A stretch of DNA of 64,000 bases, from the NCBI GenBank assembly GCA_963677925.2, contig CAXXYH010000004.1:2556488-2620487 (forward strand). The letters are read 5' to 3'. Each line of letters opens with the position of its first letter. Position 1 is the first letter of the stretch. Positions 9,292 through 18,148 of this stretch are shown piece by piece. The notes under the pieces are model-generated. The model did not search any database. It worked only from the letters and a program-made list of their open reading frames with translations, and was not told where the DNA came from. The translations under genes were made by a program, and so were the position numbers. Origin of the DNA: Spirochaetia bacterium (GTDB lineage Bacteria > Spirochaetota > Spirochaetia > UBA9216).

Positions 9292-11034
9292 ATGAATCCT
9301 GATGAATTAAAAGTTAAGGCAGAGGAATATCTTTCCCTCGAACGTCATCCCTACTTCCTCGAGGACCTTAAAAAAGTAATAGAAAAAAATGACCAGAATG
9401 AACTTAATGACAGGTTTTACACCGATCTCGGCTTCGGAACCGGAGGTCTCCGCGGAGTAATCGGCGGCGGTTATAACCGGATGAATGCCTATACTGTTCG
9501 AAAAGCCACCCAGGGGCTTGCCGACTATATAACCGAACAGAAGGGCGGAAGCGGCAGTGTCGCCATAGCATATGATTCCAGAAATTTTTCAGAGACCTTT
9601 GCAAAGGAAGCGGCGCTTACTCTCTGTACAAACGGGATCAAGGTCTATCTTTTCAGCTCACTTCGTCCTACACCTGAGCTTTCCTTTGCGGTAAGGGAAT
9701 TAGGCGCAACTGCCGGTATCGTTGTAACAGCAAGTCATAACCCTCCCGAGTACAATGGCTACAAGGTTTACTGGGACGACGGGGGACAAATTGTTCCTCC
9801 TCATGATTCGGCGATTATAAAGAAGGTTAGAGAAGTTTCGAAAGTTCCGGAATCAATAAGTGAAAAGGACTCTCTTGAGAAGGGACTTCTGGTTTATATA
9901 GACAGCGAAATTGACGATAAATTCATTTCAATGATAAAGAAGTACTTTCTGTATCCGGAGCTTCTTAAAGAGAAGGGTAAGGAGCTGAAAGTTGTTTATA
10001 CACCGCTTCACGGAACTGGTACCATGCTGGTTGAACGTACACTCAGTGAAATCGGTATTGAAGCAGTAACTGTTCCGGAGCAGCGTGAGCCGGACGGTAA
10101 TTTTCCAACAGTTGATTATCCGAACCCGGAGGAAGCCTCTGCAATGAAGCTTGCATGTGAACTGGGAGAAAAAATCGGAGCCGACCTGGTTCTCGGCACC
10201 GACCCAGATGCCGACAGACTGGGAATAGCTGTCCCGGGCCCCAATGGTAAAATGCAGCTTATTACCGGCAACCAGCTTGGTTCGCTGCTCTCTGAGTACC
10301 GTTTCTCCGGACTGAAGGAGAAAGGTGCGGTTCCGTCAAATCCTGTTCTCATCAAAACCATCGTAACTACTGAACTTCAGGCAAGAATTGCATCGGCCTA
10401 CGGGGCGAAGGTCTACAATGTTCTGACCGGATTCAAGTATATAGGTGAAAAACTCAGGGAGTTTGAATCAACAGGAGAAAATTATGTATTCGGCGGTGAG
10501 GAGAGCTACGGTTACCTTACAGAAACAGAGGTAAGGGACAAAGACGCTGTATCCTCTGCAGTTCTTACTGCAGAGATGGCACTTGTCTACCGTGAAAAGG
10601 GAATGAGCCTTCTGGATCTTCTTGACGAAATCTACAGTAAATACGGATATTTTGAGGAAACAATGGTCTCTAAAACCTATAAGGGGCAGCAGGGCGTTGA
10701 GAAAATCAAATCTATTATGAACGGGCTCAGAGAAAATCCCCCTGCAAAGATCGGAGATTCTGCTGTTGCCGTTATAAAGGATTATCAGAACAGTACTGAA
10801 TATGACGGAACAGGTAAAGAATGCGGTAAGATTGATCTGCCGGTTTCGAATGTACTTCAATACATCCTTGCAGATGATACGATAGTAACTGCCAGACCTT
10901 CAGGGACTGAACCCAAGATTAAATTCTATGCATCTGTCTGTACAGAGAAAGGTATTGAAAAAGCAGATGCAATTAAAATAGCAGGTAATAAGATTGATGC
11001 GATAAAAGCGGATATTGAAACAATCTGCGGATAA
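9292..11034 (+). CDS. pgm: Phospho-sugar mutase (phosphoglucomutase/phosphomannomutase)
   Basis: FGTGGLRG, TASHNP phosphoserine loop, DPDADR, GEESYG, RPSGTEPKIK. Confidence 0.93.
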   Translation: MNPDELKVKAEEYLSLERHPYFLEDLKKVIEKNDQNELNDRFYTDLGFGTGGLRGVIGGGYNRMNAYTVRKATQGLADYITEQKGGSGSVAIAYDSRNFSETFAKEAALTLCTNGIKVYLFSSLRPTPELSFAVRELGATAGIVVTASHNPPEYNGYKVYWDDGGQIVPPHDSAIIKKVREVSKVPESISEKDSLEKGLLVYIDSEIDDKFISMIKKYFLYPELLKEKGKELKVVYTPLHGTGTMLVERTLSEIGIEAVTVPEQREPDGNFPTVDYPNPEEASAMKLACELGEKIGADLVLGTDPDADRLGIAVPGPNGKMQLITGNQLGSLLSEYRFSGLKEKGAVPSNPVLIKTIVTTELQARIASAYGAKVYNVLTGFKYIGEKLREFESTGENYVFGGEESYGYLTETEVRDKDAVSSAVLTAEMALVYREKGMSLLDLLDEIYSKYGYFEETMVSKTYKGQQGVEKIKSIMNGLRENPPAKIGDSAVAVIKDYQNSTEYDGTGKECGKIDLPVSNVLQYILADDTIVTARPSGTEPKIKFYASVCTEKGIEKADAIKIAGNKIDAIKADIETICG

Positions 11035-11056
11035 TTTCGGTGTCGGAATAGATAAT

Positions 11057-11086
11057 AAGCCGGAGCATTAAAGCTCCGGTTTTTTT
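11057..11086 (+). terminator. Intrinsic terminator after pgm
   Basis: GCCGGAGC-ATTAAA-GCTCCGGT plus T run. Confidence 0.8.
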
Positions 11087-11091
11087 GTCTT

Positions 11092-11913
11092 TTATTTATT
11101 ACTCAATTTTTTCAGGATTTGATCTTCAGGGTAATTTTGAGTAGTTTCCCTGCAGACTACAACAGCCCCGATTATTTCATTATAATCATCCCTGATAGGT
11201 TCATAGCTGTAATCGCCTATCCAGACATCACTAGTGTCTTTCCGTCTAATATAATATTTAACATCCTTTCCTGATATTCCGTTCAAAGCCTGCGGCAGCG
11301 CCCATTTTTCAAGGGGGGCAAATTCCCCGTCTGCTGTATAGACTTCGAATACATCAGGGTATTTTGCGAGTGTATCTATGCACTGAGATTTGTTATCGAA
11401 TCTCTGGAATCTGGCAAAGGATTCATTAAACTGGATAATATTGCCTCTGCTGTCAGAGATGAAAATTGAATTATCAAGTGTCTCTATTGATGATTTAAGG
11501 ATTTTTTCTATTCGTAGATTCTCAATATGCGCATTAAAAAGTTTAAAAGCCATTTTTATTGATGCATCATAAACTGTATAACAGGAGTCTTTTACGATGT
11601 AGCCGTAACTGGTAATAGATTCCGTTTTTTGTACGATCTCCGGTTCTGTGTGTGATGATACAAAAATAATCGGAAGCTGCCTGATTTCAAGTATTTTTTG
11701 AGCCGCAACAGTACCGTCAATTCCATGGCCCAGATTAATATCCATAAGAATCAAATCAACATCATTTGAGCTGTTTACTGCTTTGATTGCTTCCTCCCCG
11801 GAGAAAATCCCGGTGACATCATAGCCGAAACACTTCAGTTCATTTATTGTTCTGAGCTGTATTAATGCTTCGTCTTCAACGAGTAAGAGCTTTTTTCCGT
11901 TCAGTATTTCCAT
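11092..11913 (-). CDS. Response regulator, REC + PAS, no output domain
   Basis: LLVEDE, DLILMDI (phospho-Asp), then PAS/PAC (IFISDSRGNIIQFN...EPIRDDYNEIIGAVVV). Confidence 0.85.
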   Translation of the reverse strand: MEILNGKKLLLVEDEALIQLRTINELKCFGYDVTGIFSGEEAIKAVNSSNDVDLILMDINLGHGIDGTVAAQKILEIRQLPIIFVSSHTEPEIVQKTESITSYGYIVKDSCYTVYDASIKMAFKLFNAHIENLRIEKILKSSIETLDNSIFISDSRGNIIQFNESFARFQRFDNKSQCIDTLAKYPDVFEVYTADGEFAPLEKWALPQALNGISGKDVKYYIRRKDTSDVWIGDYSYEPIRDDYNEIIGAVVVCRETTQNYPEDQILKKLSNK

Positions 11914-12089
11914 ACGAACCTCATATTGCTGATAAGAATGATAATGATGATATTTAAACTATAACAGATAGATATTATCAACACAAACATTATTTCAAAA
12001 TCTTGATTTCAGCACGTCCAGTTCATAGAATTATAGAATATATGACTGAAAGAATAAGAAAAATGATCAGTCAAATCAGGGAGGACTCT

Positions 12090-12212
12090 ATGAAACGGGT
12101 TATTTATGCATTAATAATAGTAGCTCTGATTACAATAAGTTCGGGTATTTATTCATGTTCATTATTTGGAAAATCTGTCGACGCCAATCTCACAATCGAG
12201 AAGCTGGATTAG
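12090..12212 (+). CDS. Very short putative lipoprotein (40 aa) or gene remnant
   Basis: Strong SD GGGAGG, MKR-hydrophobic-IYSC lipobox, stop 17 residues after Cys. Confidence 0.45.
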   Translation: MKRVIYALIIVALITISSGIYSCSLFGKSVDANLTIEKLD

Positions 12213-12222
12213 GGGGGCTGAA

Positions 12223-13290
12223 ATGAAAAAACTGATTTTGTTTTCTATTGTTCTGGTTTTTCTTGTGATTCCGATTTTCAGCCAATCGGGGTATCAGATG
12301 CTTGAAGTCGACGGTCTTAGGGTGCATGTCAATGAAATCCGCTTTGCACAGGGATACAGCGATTCATCAACTATCGGTTCAATATCTGTAGATCAGGATA
12401 TTAACCTCACAGATATTCCAAGCGATGTTTTTAATGAAGACACAGTGATTCGTCTTGAATTCGGTGAGAGTGAACTGATGTTCGATACTATTGACATCTG
12501 GCTGGACAGTAGCGTAGGGATTAAGGGGCACACGTATTTTGAAGCTGATAATGTGCACGTTTATACCTCTGCTGCCGGAATAAAAACCTTGGCAGGTTCA
12601 ACATGGAGCGAACCTTCAGATTACGGTTATCATACCAATGATTATCTGTACTATCCGGGTGACGGCGACGGGGGAGAAGTATCGGAAACCACATTTCTTC
12701 AGGCTATGACCACCTTTACAGGTGATGTGCCGCTGAATATTTCACTTCTGGTTGATACCTTTCAGGTAGCATATTATTGGGACGGTGATGATAATACCAG
12801 GCATGGTTTTGTAAAAACTGTACCTATTTCCAACAATGCTTCGGCATTCCCAAGCGGAACTGCGGTAATCGGTATTACTTATCTGCCGCTGTACCTTTCT
12901 GTGAACCAGACTCTGACTTCTGAAACCTATGTTGTAGCTGAGGATTCTTCATATCTTACACCTGAAAATGGAGAATTCTATAATGAGAAGTATACAATGA
13001 ATATGACACTGGTATTTGACGAAGATGATGATACCTTTTTTATAGGCAGAACTGCTAACTGGGATGGACTATATACCTCATTCAGGCTTCCTCAGTTTGT
13101 GACAGGAGCAACCGCGTCCGGTTCAGCATATGAACTTGATCTGGAAAACTATGATGAAGGTGAGGGCGGCTGGACAGATAATTCAACTATCACGGGTTTT
13201 TCAAGGCTTGCTGTTGATGGAACAGGTACATTCACATTTACCGATTCTGCTAATCAAACTCACAGCCTTTACTGTGTAAGGGTTAAATAA
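12223..13290 (+). CDS. Secreted acidic beta-rich hypothetical protein
   Basis: MKKLILFSIVLVFLVIPIFS signal peptide; Asp/Thr/Tyr/Gly-rich; no family recognised. Confidence 0.75.
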   Translation: MKKLILFSIVLVFLVIPIFSQSGYQMLEVDGLRVHVNEIRFAQGYSDSSTIGSISVDQDINLTDIPSDVFNEDTVIRLEFGESELMFDTIDIWLDSSVGIKGHTYFEADNVHVYTSAAGIKTLAGSTWSEPSDYGYHTNDYLYYPGDGDGGEVSETTFLQAMTTFTGDVPLNISLLVDTFQVAYYWDGDDNTRHGFVKTVPISNNASAFPSGTAVIGITYLPLYLSVNQTLTSETYVVAEDSSYLTPENGEFYNEKYTMNMTLVFDEDDDTFFIGRTANWDGLYTSFRLPQFVTGATASGSAYELDLENYDEGEGGWTDNSTITGFSRLAVDGTGTFTFTDSANQTHSLYCVRVK

Positions 13291-13298
13291 ATTTAATC

Positions 13299-13331
13299 CG
13301 GTCTGAGTAGCGCAGAAGCGAACTCAGACCG
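13299..13331. terminator. Hairpin between convergent genes
   Basis: CGGTCTGAGT...ACTCAGACCG 10-bp inverted repeat; no clear T tail. Confidence 0.55.
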
Positions 13332-13343
13332 AATCCCAGATAT

Positions 13344-13640
13344 TTAATTCCAGCTCCGCTTGTTTTTCATGGCATATGCATCTGCCATGATCTCCCGAAG
13401 TCCGCTTTCGTCTGTGACATCTCTTTCCCGCTGATCTTCAAGTTCTTCAAGAAATTTTTCTTCCATGTTGTGCAGATCATCGGACAGCTTGCCGCTCCAA
13501 ATCTGCCTTACAAGTTCATCCTGATCGTCAGCAAAGCTTATCAGCCGATGAGCCTGCTGGACGCTGCAGTACCAGCGTATATCATCAATTTCCAGGCCGT
13601 ATTCTTCAAGTAGTTCTTTAACAGTCACTGCTGCCTCCAT
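13344..13640 (-). CDS. Hypothetical acidic protein (98 aa)
   Basis: ORF with own promoter directly upstream; protein-like composition. Confidence 0.7.
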   Translation of the reverse strand: MEAAVTVKELLEEYGLEIDDIRWYCSVQQAHRLISFADDQDELVRQIWSGKLSDDLHNMEEKFLEELEDQRERDVTDESGLREIMADAYAMKNKRSWN

Positions 13641-13712
13641 AGATTCATACTAATGGACAGCCCGTATACAGTAAAGAGCCTGTATGGATTGTAGAGCAGC
13701 TTTAGAAAAACC

Positions 13713-13740
13713 TAAGGTAAAATTTTAAAATACCGATTTA
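13713..13740 (+). promoter_or_regulatory. Sigma-28 (FliA)-type promoter
   Basis: TAAG-N16-CCGATTTA, nearly co-linear with the flaB promoter in this window. Confidence 0.6.
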
Positions 13741-13765
13741 TTAATAAGAATACGATCAGGAGGCT

Positions 13766-13987
13766 GTGAACATGGTTCAATACAGAATAAAAAGCAGCGA
13801 CGAGATAAAAAATTATCTCAGCATCCTCGGCGAAAGAGACGGCGGTTACGACGTCATGATCATCAATGAAAATGATAATTATAGAAAAGAAGTTCGTGAT
13901 TTTCTAAGCAGAGAGCTGTTTGAAACCTGTTTAAGAACAGGATATCTTATTAAGCTCGGTGAGAATCGAAACCTTAAGTCTGCCTAG
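13766..13987 (+). CDS. Small hypothetical protein (73 aa)
   Basis: SD AGGAGG, downstream terminator; LSRELFETCLRTGYL motif. Confidence 0.75.
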   Translation: MNMVQYRIKSSDEIKNYLSILGERDGGYDVMIINENDNYRKEVRDFLSRELFETCLRTGYLIKLGENRNLKSA

Positions 13988-13996
13988 TATTGCAGA

Positions 13997-14039
13997 GGGG
14001 CTGAGCAGGTATTTCAAAACCTGGTCGGTCCCTTTTTTT
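13997..14039 (+). terminator. Intrinsic terminator
   Basis: Imperfect GC stem GGGGCTGA-GCAGGT...ACCTGG-TCGGTCCC plus T7. Confidence 0.6.
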
Positions 14040-14208
14040 ATTCGTATCTGGCTCTTACATCAGCCAAAGCTGTTTCAAGAGTCCGTATTTCCTTCTGAAT
14101 TTCTTCAATTCTTGAAGGATCCAGAGTTGACTTCGCCGTGGATGCCAACCTGTTGATCTTTTTAATAATCTCTTCTTTTTTAAAGGAAAGTCCAGCATTT
14201 TCTTCCAT
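14038..14208 (-). CDS. Small coiled-coil protein (56 aa), not in ORF track
   Basis: MEENAGLSFKKEEIIKKINRLASTAKSTLDPSRIEEIQKEIRTLETALADVRARYE; SD GAGG 8-9 nt upstream; fills the gap exactly. Confidence 0.65.
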   Translation of the reverse strand: MEENAGLSFKKEEIIKKINRLASTAKSTLDPSRIEEIQKEIRTLETALADVRARYE

Positions 14209-14273
14209 ATTTTAAACCTCTAAGAAGATCATTTTAATTATAGTAAATACACGCACGAAATCAAGAAATATGG

Positions 14274-14302
14274 TTGACAAGAATTTATGATTTTGTTATA
14301 AA
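14274..14302 (+). promoter_or_regulatory. Sigma-70 promoter of tRNA-Gly
   Basis: TTGACA-N17-TATAAA with extended -10 TG. Confidence 0.75.
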
Positions 14303-14314
14303 TCTACCTACAAC

Positions 14315-14386
<72 letters not shown>

Positions 14387-14394
14387 TAGATTTG

Positions 14395-14429
14395 AAAGGG
14401 TTCATCTTAAAAGATGAACCCTTTTTTTT
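14395..14429 (+). terminator. tRNA-Gly terminator
   Basis: AAAGGGTTCATCTT-AA-AAGATGAACCCTTT plus T run. Confidence 0.85.
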
Positions 14430-14518
14430 GCTTAATAAATTTTAGTCATCTATTAAAGATGAACAACGGAAAAATTGATATGAAGTCTAAAACCATGGAC
14501 TCTTCATATCTCTTTAAT

Positions 14519-14550
14519 TAAAAGGCTGACCCTAATGAGTCAGCCTTTTA
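14519..14550. terminator. Bidirectional terminator after the NmrA-like gene
   Basis: TAAAAGGCTGAC...GTCAGCCTTTTA. Confidence 0.75.
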
Positions 14551-14576
14551 TCTATGAAAAATTACTACTTCAGGAT

Positions 14577-15428
14577 CTATGCGTATGCGCTAAGAGCTGA
14601 TTTAAGTGTGGCGGTAGGCCGTCCGATGATTTTTGACAGATCACCATTGCCGTATTCAAGTGTTCCTTCTGAAATACTGGTGTCAAGCATAGCATAAAAA
14701 CCGGCTGTGCCCTCATCCATTCCTGAACTCTTAAGCATTTCGGCTACTGCATTTTCACTGATCTCAACGTAGGGAACATCCTTCCCTATGATTTCTCCGA
14801 TTGTTGAAGCGAGCTCTTTATAATCAAATGCATGGTCGCCGCCGAATTCATAAGTTTTTCCGTTGTGTCCTTCACCCAGTAGAACTGCCGCAGCACCCTC
14901 CGCGTAATCTTCACGGGTAGCACTGGCCACTCTACCGGTTTTTGCAGCGGCAGCCACCTGACCGAATGCTTTGGCTCCTTCAATATAGCCAATATAGTTT
15001 TCGGTATACCAGTTATTGCGAACAATCGTGAATGCCAGCCTTGATGATTTAAGGTATCTTTCCGTTTCTTTGTGTTCCGGGGCCAGTGGATTGGTACTTG
15101 TCTCTGCTTTGGTGATGCTTGTATAGACTATATGCGAAACACCTGCTTTTTTTGCCGCATCTATCACATTCTTATGCTGTGAGGCTCTTTTGCCGACCTC
15201 GCTTGAAGAAATCAGAAGAACTCTGTCTACTCCTGCAAAAGCTTGTTCCAGTGAAGCTGCATTTTCATAATCGCCCTGTCGGACTTCGACACCTTTTGCA
15301 GCAAGTCTCTTTGCTTTTTCTGCATTTCGGGCAACAGCTATTATATTTCCAGCTGAGGTCTTATCTAATAATTTTTCAATTGCATAATTTCCTAGTTTAC
15401 CTGTTGATCCTGTTACAGCTACTTTCAT
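14577..15428 (-). CDS. NmrA-like/atypical SDR, NAD(P)H:quinone oxidoreductase (QorB/YtfG type)
   Basis: VTGSTGKLG, LLISSSEVGKRASQH, RNNWYTEN, ATREDYAE. Confidence 0.88.
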   Translation of the reverse strand: MKVAVTGSTGKLGNYAIEKLLDKTSAGNIIAVARNAEKAKRLAAKGVEVRQGDYENAASLEQAFAGVDRVLLISSSEVGKRASQHKNVIDAAKKAGVSHIVYTSITKAETSTNPLAPEHKETERYLKSSRLAFTIVRNNWYTENYIGYIEGAKAFGQVAAAAKTGRVASATREDYAEGAAAVLLGEGHNGKTYEFGGDHAFDYKELASTIGEIIGKDVPYVEISENAVAEMLKSSGMDEGTAGFYAMLDTSISEGTLEYGNGDLSKIIGRPTATLKSALSAYA

Positions 15429-15476
15429 GTAAAACTCCTTAAGTTTTTATGAGAACATAGTGTTCCCATTCAGTTC

Positions 15477-15911
15477 TCAAGTCCCTATATCTGCAAGGAC
15501 TTCTTCGATTGAAACACTTTCCAGAACGTCTTCCATTGCCTTCGTTGCTTTTGTAAGAACAATATCCAGAACCGCGTTTATATTTTTTCCAATCGGGCAG
15601 TTAGGGTTAGGCTCGTTATGAAGATTAAAAAGCTCATCGTCCTTTACAACCTCAACCGCTCGATACACATCAAGAAGGCTTATCTCTTCCGGTTCGGCGG
15701 TTAAAAACGCACCGCCGCTGCCGCTTTTTACGATAATCAGGCCGGCTGCTTTCAGCTTAGCGATTACCTTCCGGATAATAACAGGGTTGATGTTTACGCT
15801 TTCCGCTATATATTCGGAGGTACAGCTTATACTTGCATCTTTCCTGGTGAAGGCAATAATGAGAAGTATATGTATTCCGATTGCAAAACGATTGCTTATT
15901 TTCATGTTCAT
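15477..15911 (-). CDS. Rrf2 family regulator (YwnA/SifR-like, single-Cys motif)
   Basis: ISNRFAIGIHIL, SVNINPVIIRK, ISLLDVYRAVE, HNEPNPNCPIG. Confidence 0.9.
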   Translation of the reverse strand: MNMKISNRFAIGIHILLIIAFTRKDASISCTSEYIAESVNINPVIIRKVIAKLKAAGLIIVKSGSGGAFLTAEPEEISLLDVYRAVEVVKDDELFNLHNEPNPNCPIGKNINAVLDIVLTKATKAMEDVLESVSIEEVLADIGT

Positions 15912-15913
15912 CG

Positions 15914-15956
15914 CTCCTGTTGTAACAAAAGTAGTTACAACAGGAGGCAGAGTCAA
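15914..15956 (-). promoter_or_regulatory. Rrf2 operator overlapping a sigma-70 promoter
   Basis: Perfect 13-bp inverted repeat CTCCTGTTGTAAC-N7-GTTACAACAGGAG; TTGACT-N17-TACTTT on minus strand with -10 in the spacer. Confidence 0.75.
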
Positions 15957-16061
15957 GTTTTTTTGATTTTTATTTATCTTTTTAACCTGGTGGTGAAATT
16001 TACAGTTTGTTTCAGAGTAAATTTATGGTCTATCATTGAGAATTAAAAAGGAGTAAAACTC

Positions 16062-16982
16062 TTAAAACTCGCTTAGATCAAAGAAATCCTTCAGTCCGTC
16101 CAGAAACTTTTCCGAGCCCTTTGTAAGATACCTTTCCTTCAGGTAGGCCACAGAAACTGTTCTGCAGCAGTAATCTTCTTCAAGGTCGATATAATGAAGA
16201 TTCTTCTCCCATTCCGGAATATCCCTTTTTGAAGTCATATGCTCAAAGCGGTATTTGCTTACAAAAGCAATTCCCCGTCCTATACTTAATAATTCTCCGA
16301 TGAGCTCTGCGTTGTCTCCTTCAAAAGCAATAACCGGCTTGAATCCGGCTTTATTGCATAGGGTATAAACAGTATCACGTAAATCGGGATCTGAATTATT
16401 CGAGAGGAAGGGAAAATCTTTCAAATCTTTCAGCGATGCTTTTTCCTGACCGAACATCGGGTTATTTTCAGAAACAACAACTCCGAGTTTGTAAGTATAA
16501 AGATTTATCTGTTCAATTTCAGGAGAGCTGAAGTCAGATACTGTAAAGGCAAGATCAAGTTTACGTGTCAGCAGCAGTTTTTCAATATGTTCATTTCCAT
16601 GCTGAAAGTGGTGAAAATTTATCCTGGGGTTTTCTATACAGAAATCCCTGATGAAGTTAAAAGCAGGACTGGGAGCCGAAATGAGGAAGTTACTGGCAAT
16701 AAACAGATCTCCGGTACTTCCGTCTGCCATCTCTGTTATCTCACGTACAGATGCATTAAGCTCTCTGAGCATTTTCCGGGTATTCTTTAGAAAACGTCTC
16801 CCGTATTCAGTCAGGTAAACATTTCTCTTTTTTCTTTCGAAAAGTGGAATCCCCAGCTCTGTTTCCAGGTTCAGGATAGCCTTGCTTAAAGCCGGCTGCG
16901 AAATATGAAGTTCATCTGATGCCTGCGTAAAATGCTCCAGTTCTGCAACTTTGCAGAAATACTGTAGTTGAGATAATTCCAT
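16062..16982 (-). CDS. LysR family transcriptional regulator
   Basis: MELSQLQYF...HFTQASDELHISQPALSKAILNLETELGIPLFER. Confidence 0.95.
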   Translation of the reverse strand: MELSQLQYFCKVAELEHFTQASDELHISQPALSKAILNLETELGIPLFERKKRNVYLTEYGRRFLKNTRKMLRELNASVREITEMADGSTGDLFIASNFLISAPSPAFNFIRDFCIENPRINFHHFQHGNEHIEKLLLTRKLDLAFTVSDFSSPEIEQINLYTYKLGVVVSENNPMFGQEKASLKDLKDFPFLSNNSDPDLRDTVYTLCNKAGFKPVIAFEGDNAELIGELLSIGRGIAFVSKYRFEHMTSKRDIPEWEKNLHYIDLEEDYCCRTVSVAYLKERYLTKGSEKFLDGLKDFFDLSEF

Positions 16983-16996
16983 GTTTACTCCAACTA

Positions 16997-17107
16997 ATAA
17001 CTTATGGTTATCATAGTAAACTATATGTATGAATATTGGTAATACTAATAATCTATGATAATGATAACTCTGAACTATTAACTGTTACTGGAATAACTTG
17101 CGTTATT
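16997..17107. promoter_or_regulatory. Candidate LysR binding sites in the divergent promoter region
   Basis: ATAAC-N5-GTTAT (T-N11-A) at 16997-17011 and AATAAC-N4-GTTATT at 17092-17107. Confidence 0.5.
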
Positions 17108-17162
17108 TTTTAATTATGATTAAAATGAATGCACACAATAAAAATTTACCGGAGTTGATTAG

Positions 17163-18014
17163 ATGAGTGATAAAGGATTTCTGTCACCTGCAGAAATAGC
17201 TGCTGAAGCTGTTTCCTACGGAAAGAAAAAAACGGATTTGACAATTTTAAAAATGCTGTTCCTGGGGCTTGCTGCCGGAGCATTTATAGCTTTTGCTGCG
17301 GAAGGTTCCAACATGGCAGCATTTAATTTATTTCTTAATAACAATACTTATGGACTGGGAAAGGCTATTGCCGGAGCCATTTTCGGAACCGGACTGATGC
17401 TGGTGATAATTGCAGGCGGTGAGCTTTTCACAGGAAATGTTCTGATACTGACCGGTGTAATGCAGAAGCAGATAAAGATTTCAAGAATGCTTCGCAACTG
17501 GTTTTTTGTTTATATAGGAAATTTTATCGGCTCTGTTCTTATTGCATGGTTTATGAATCTTTCAGGGCTTTTTGACAGCAGCGCAGGAGATCTTGGTGCC
17601 GTCACCATAAAAATAGCCGCCTATAAAGTTAACCTGTCATTTGTAAAGGCTATCGTACTCGGTATTATGTGCAACTGGCTGGTCTGCCTTGCAGTATGGA
17701 TGGCCTGGGGTGCTAAAGATATAACCGGAAAGATTTTCGCCATTTTTTTCCCTATCTGGCTGTTTATTACATCAGGCTTCGAACATAGTGTTGCCAACAT
17801 GTATTATATCCCTGCAGGAATAATGGCAAAGGGAAGTGAAAAGCTTGCCGAAGCGGCTATTGCGCATGGTATGACCGCTGAAGGTCTTGCAGGTCTGAAC
17901 TGGGGAACATTCATAACAGGAAACCTTATCCCAGTTACCATCGGTAATATAATCGGAGGCGGACTTTTTGTAGCCTTCATTTACTGGTTTGCCTACCTGA
18001 AAAAAAACAAATAA
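17163..18014 (+). CDS. Formate/nitrite transporter (FNT) family channel
   Basis: GGELFTGN, GNFIG, GIMCNWLVCLA, GFEHSVANM, VTIGNIIGG. Confidence 0.93.
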   Translation: MSDKGFLSPAEIAAEAVSYGKKKTDLTILKMLFLGLAAGAFIAFAAEGSNMAAFNLFLNNNTYGLGKAIAGAIFGTGLMLVIIAGGELFTGNVLILTGVMQKQIKISRMLRNWFFVYIGNFIGSVLIAWFMNLSGLFDSSAGDLGAVTIKIAAYKVNLSFVKAIVLGIMCNWLVCLAVWMAWGAKDITGKIFAIFFPIWLFITSGFEHSVANMYYIPAGIMAKGSEKLAEAAIAHGMTAEGLAGLNWGTFITGNLIPVTIGNIIGGGLFVAFIYWFAYLKKNK

Positions 18015-18026
18015 AATTGCTAAATT

Positions 18027-18067
18027 TTCATGGCTGATTTTGTGATTATTGGACTATCAGCCATGAA
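18027..18067. other. Intercistronic hairpin
   Basis: TTCATGGCTGAT-N17-ATCAGCCATGAA 12-bp inverted repeat, no T tail. Confidence 0.5.
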
Positions 18068-18148
18068 TTCCACAAAATCTCGAATTGTCCGCATTTTTTT
18101 CTCCCCTTATCATTGAAACAACCTGTATTATGTAAAGGAGAAGTTTTG

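Noticed and set aside
12212-12217. G6 tract as a phase-variation switch
   Set aside because: Too short, and a length change would not remove the preceding TAG
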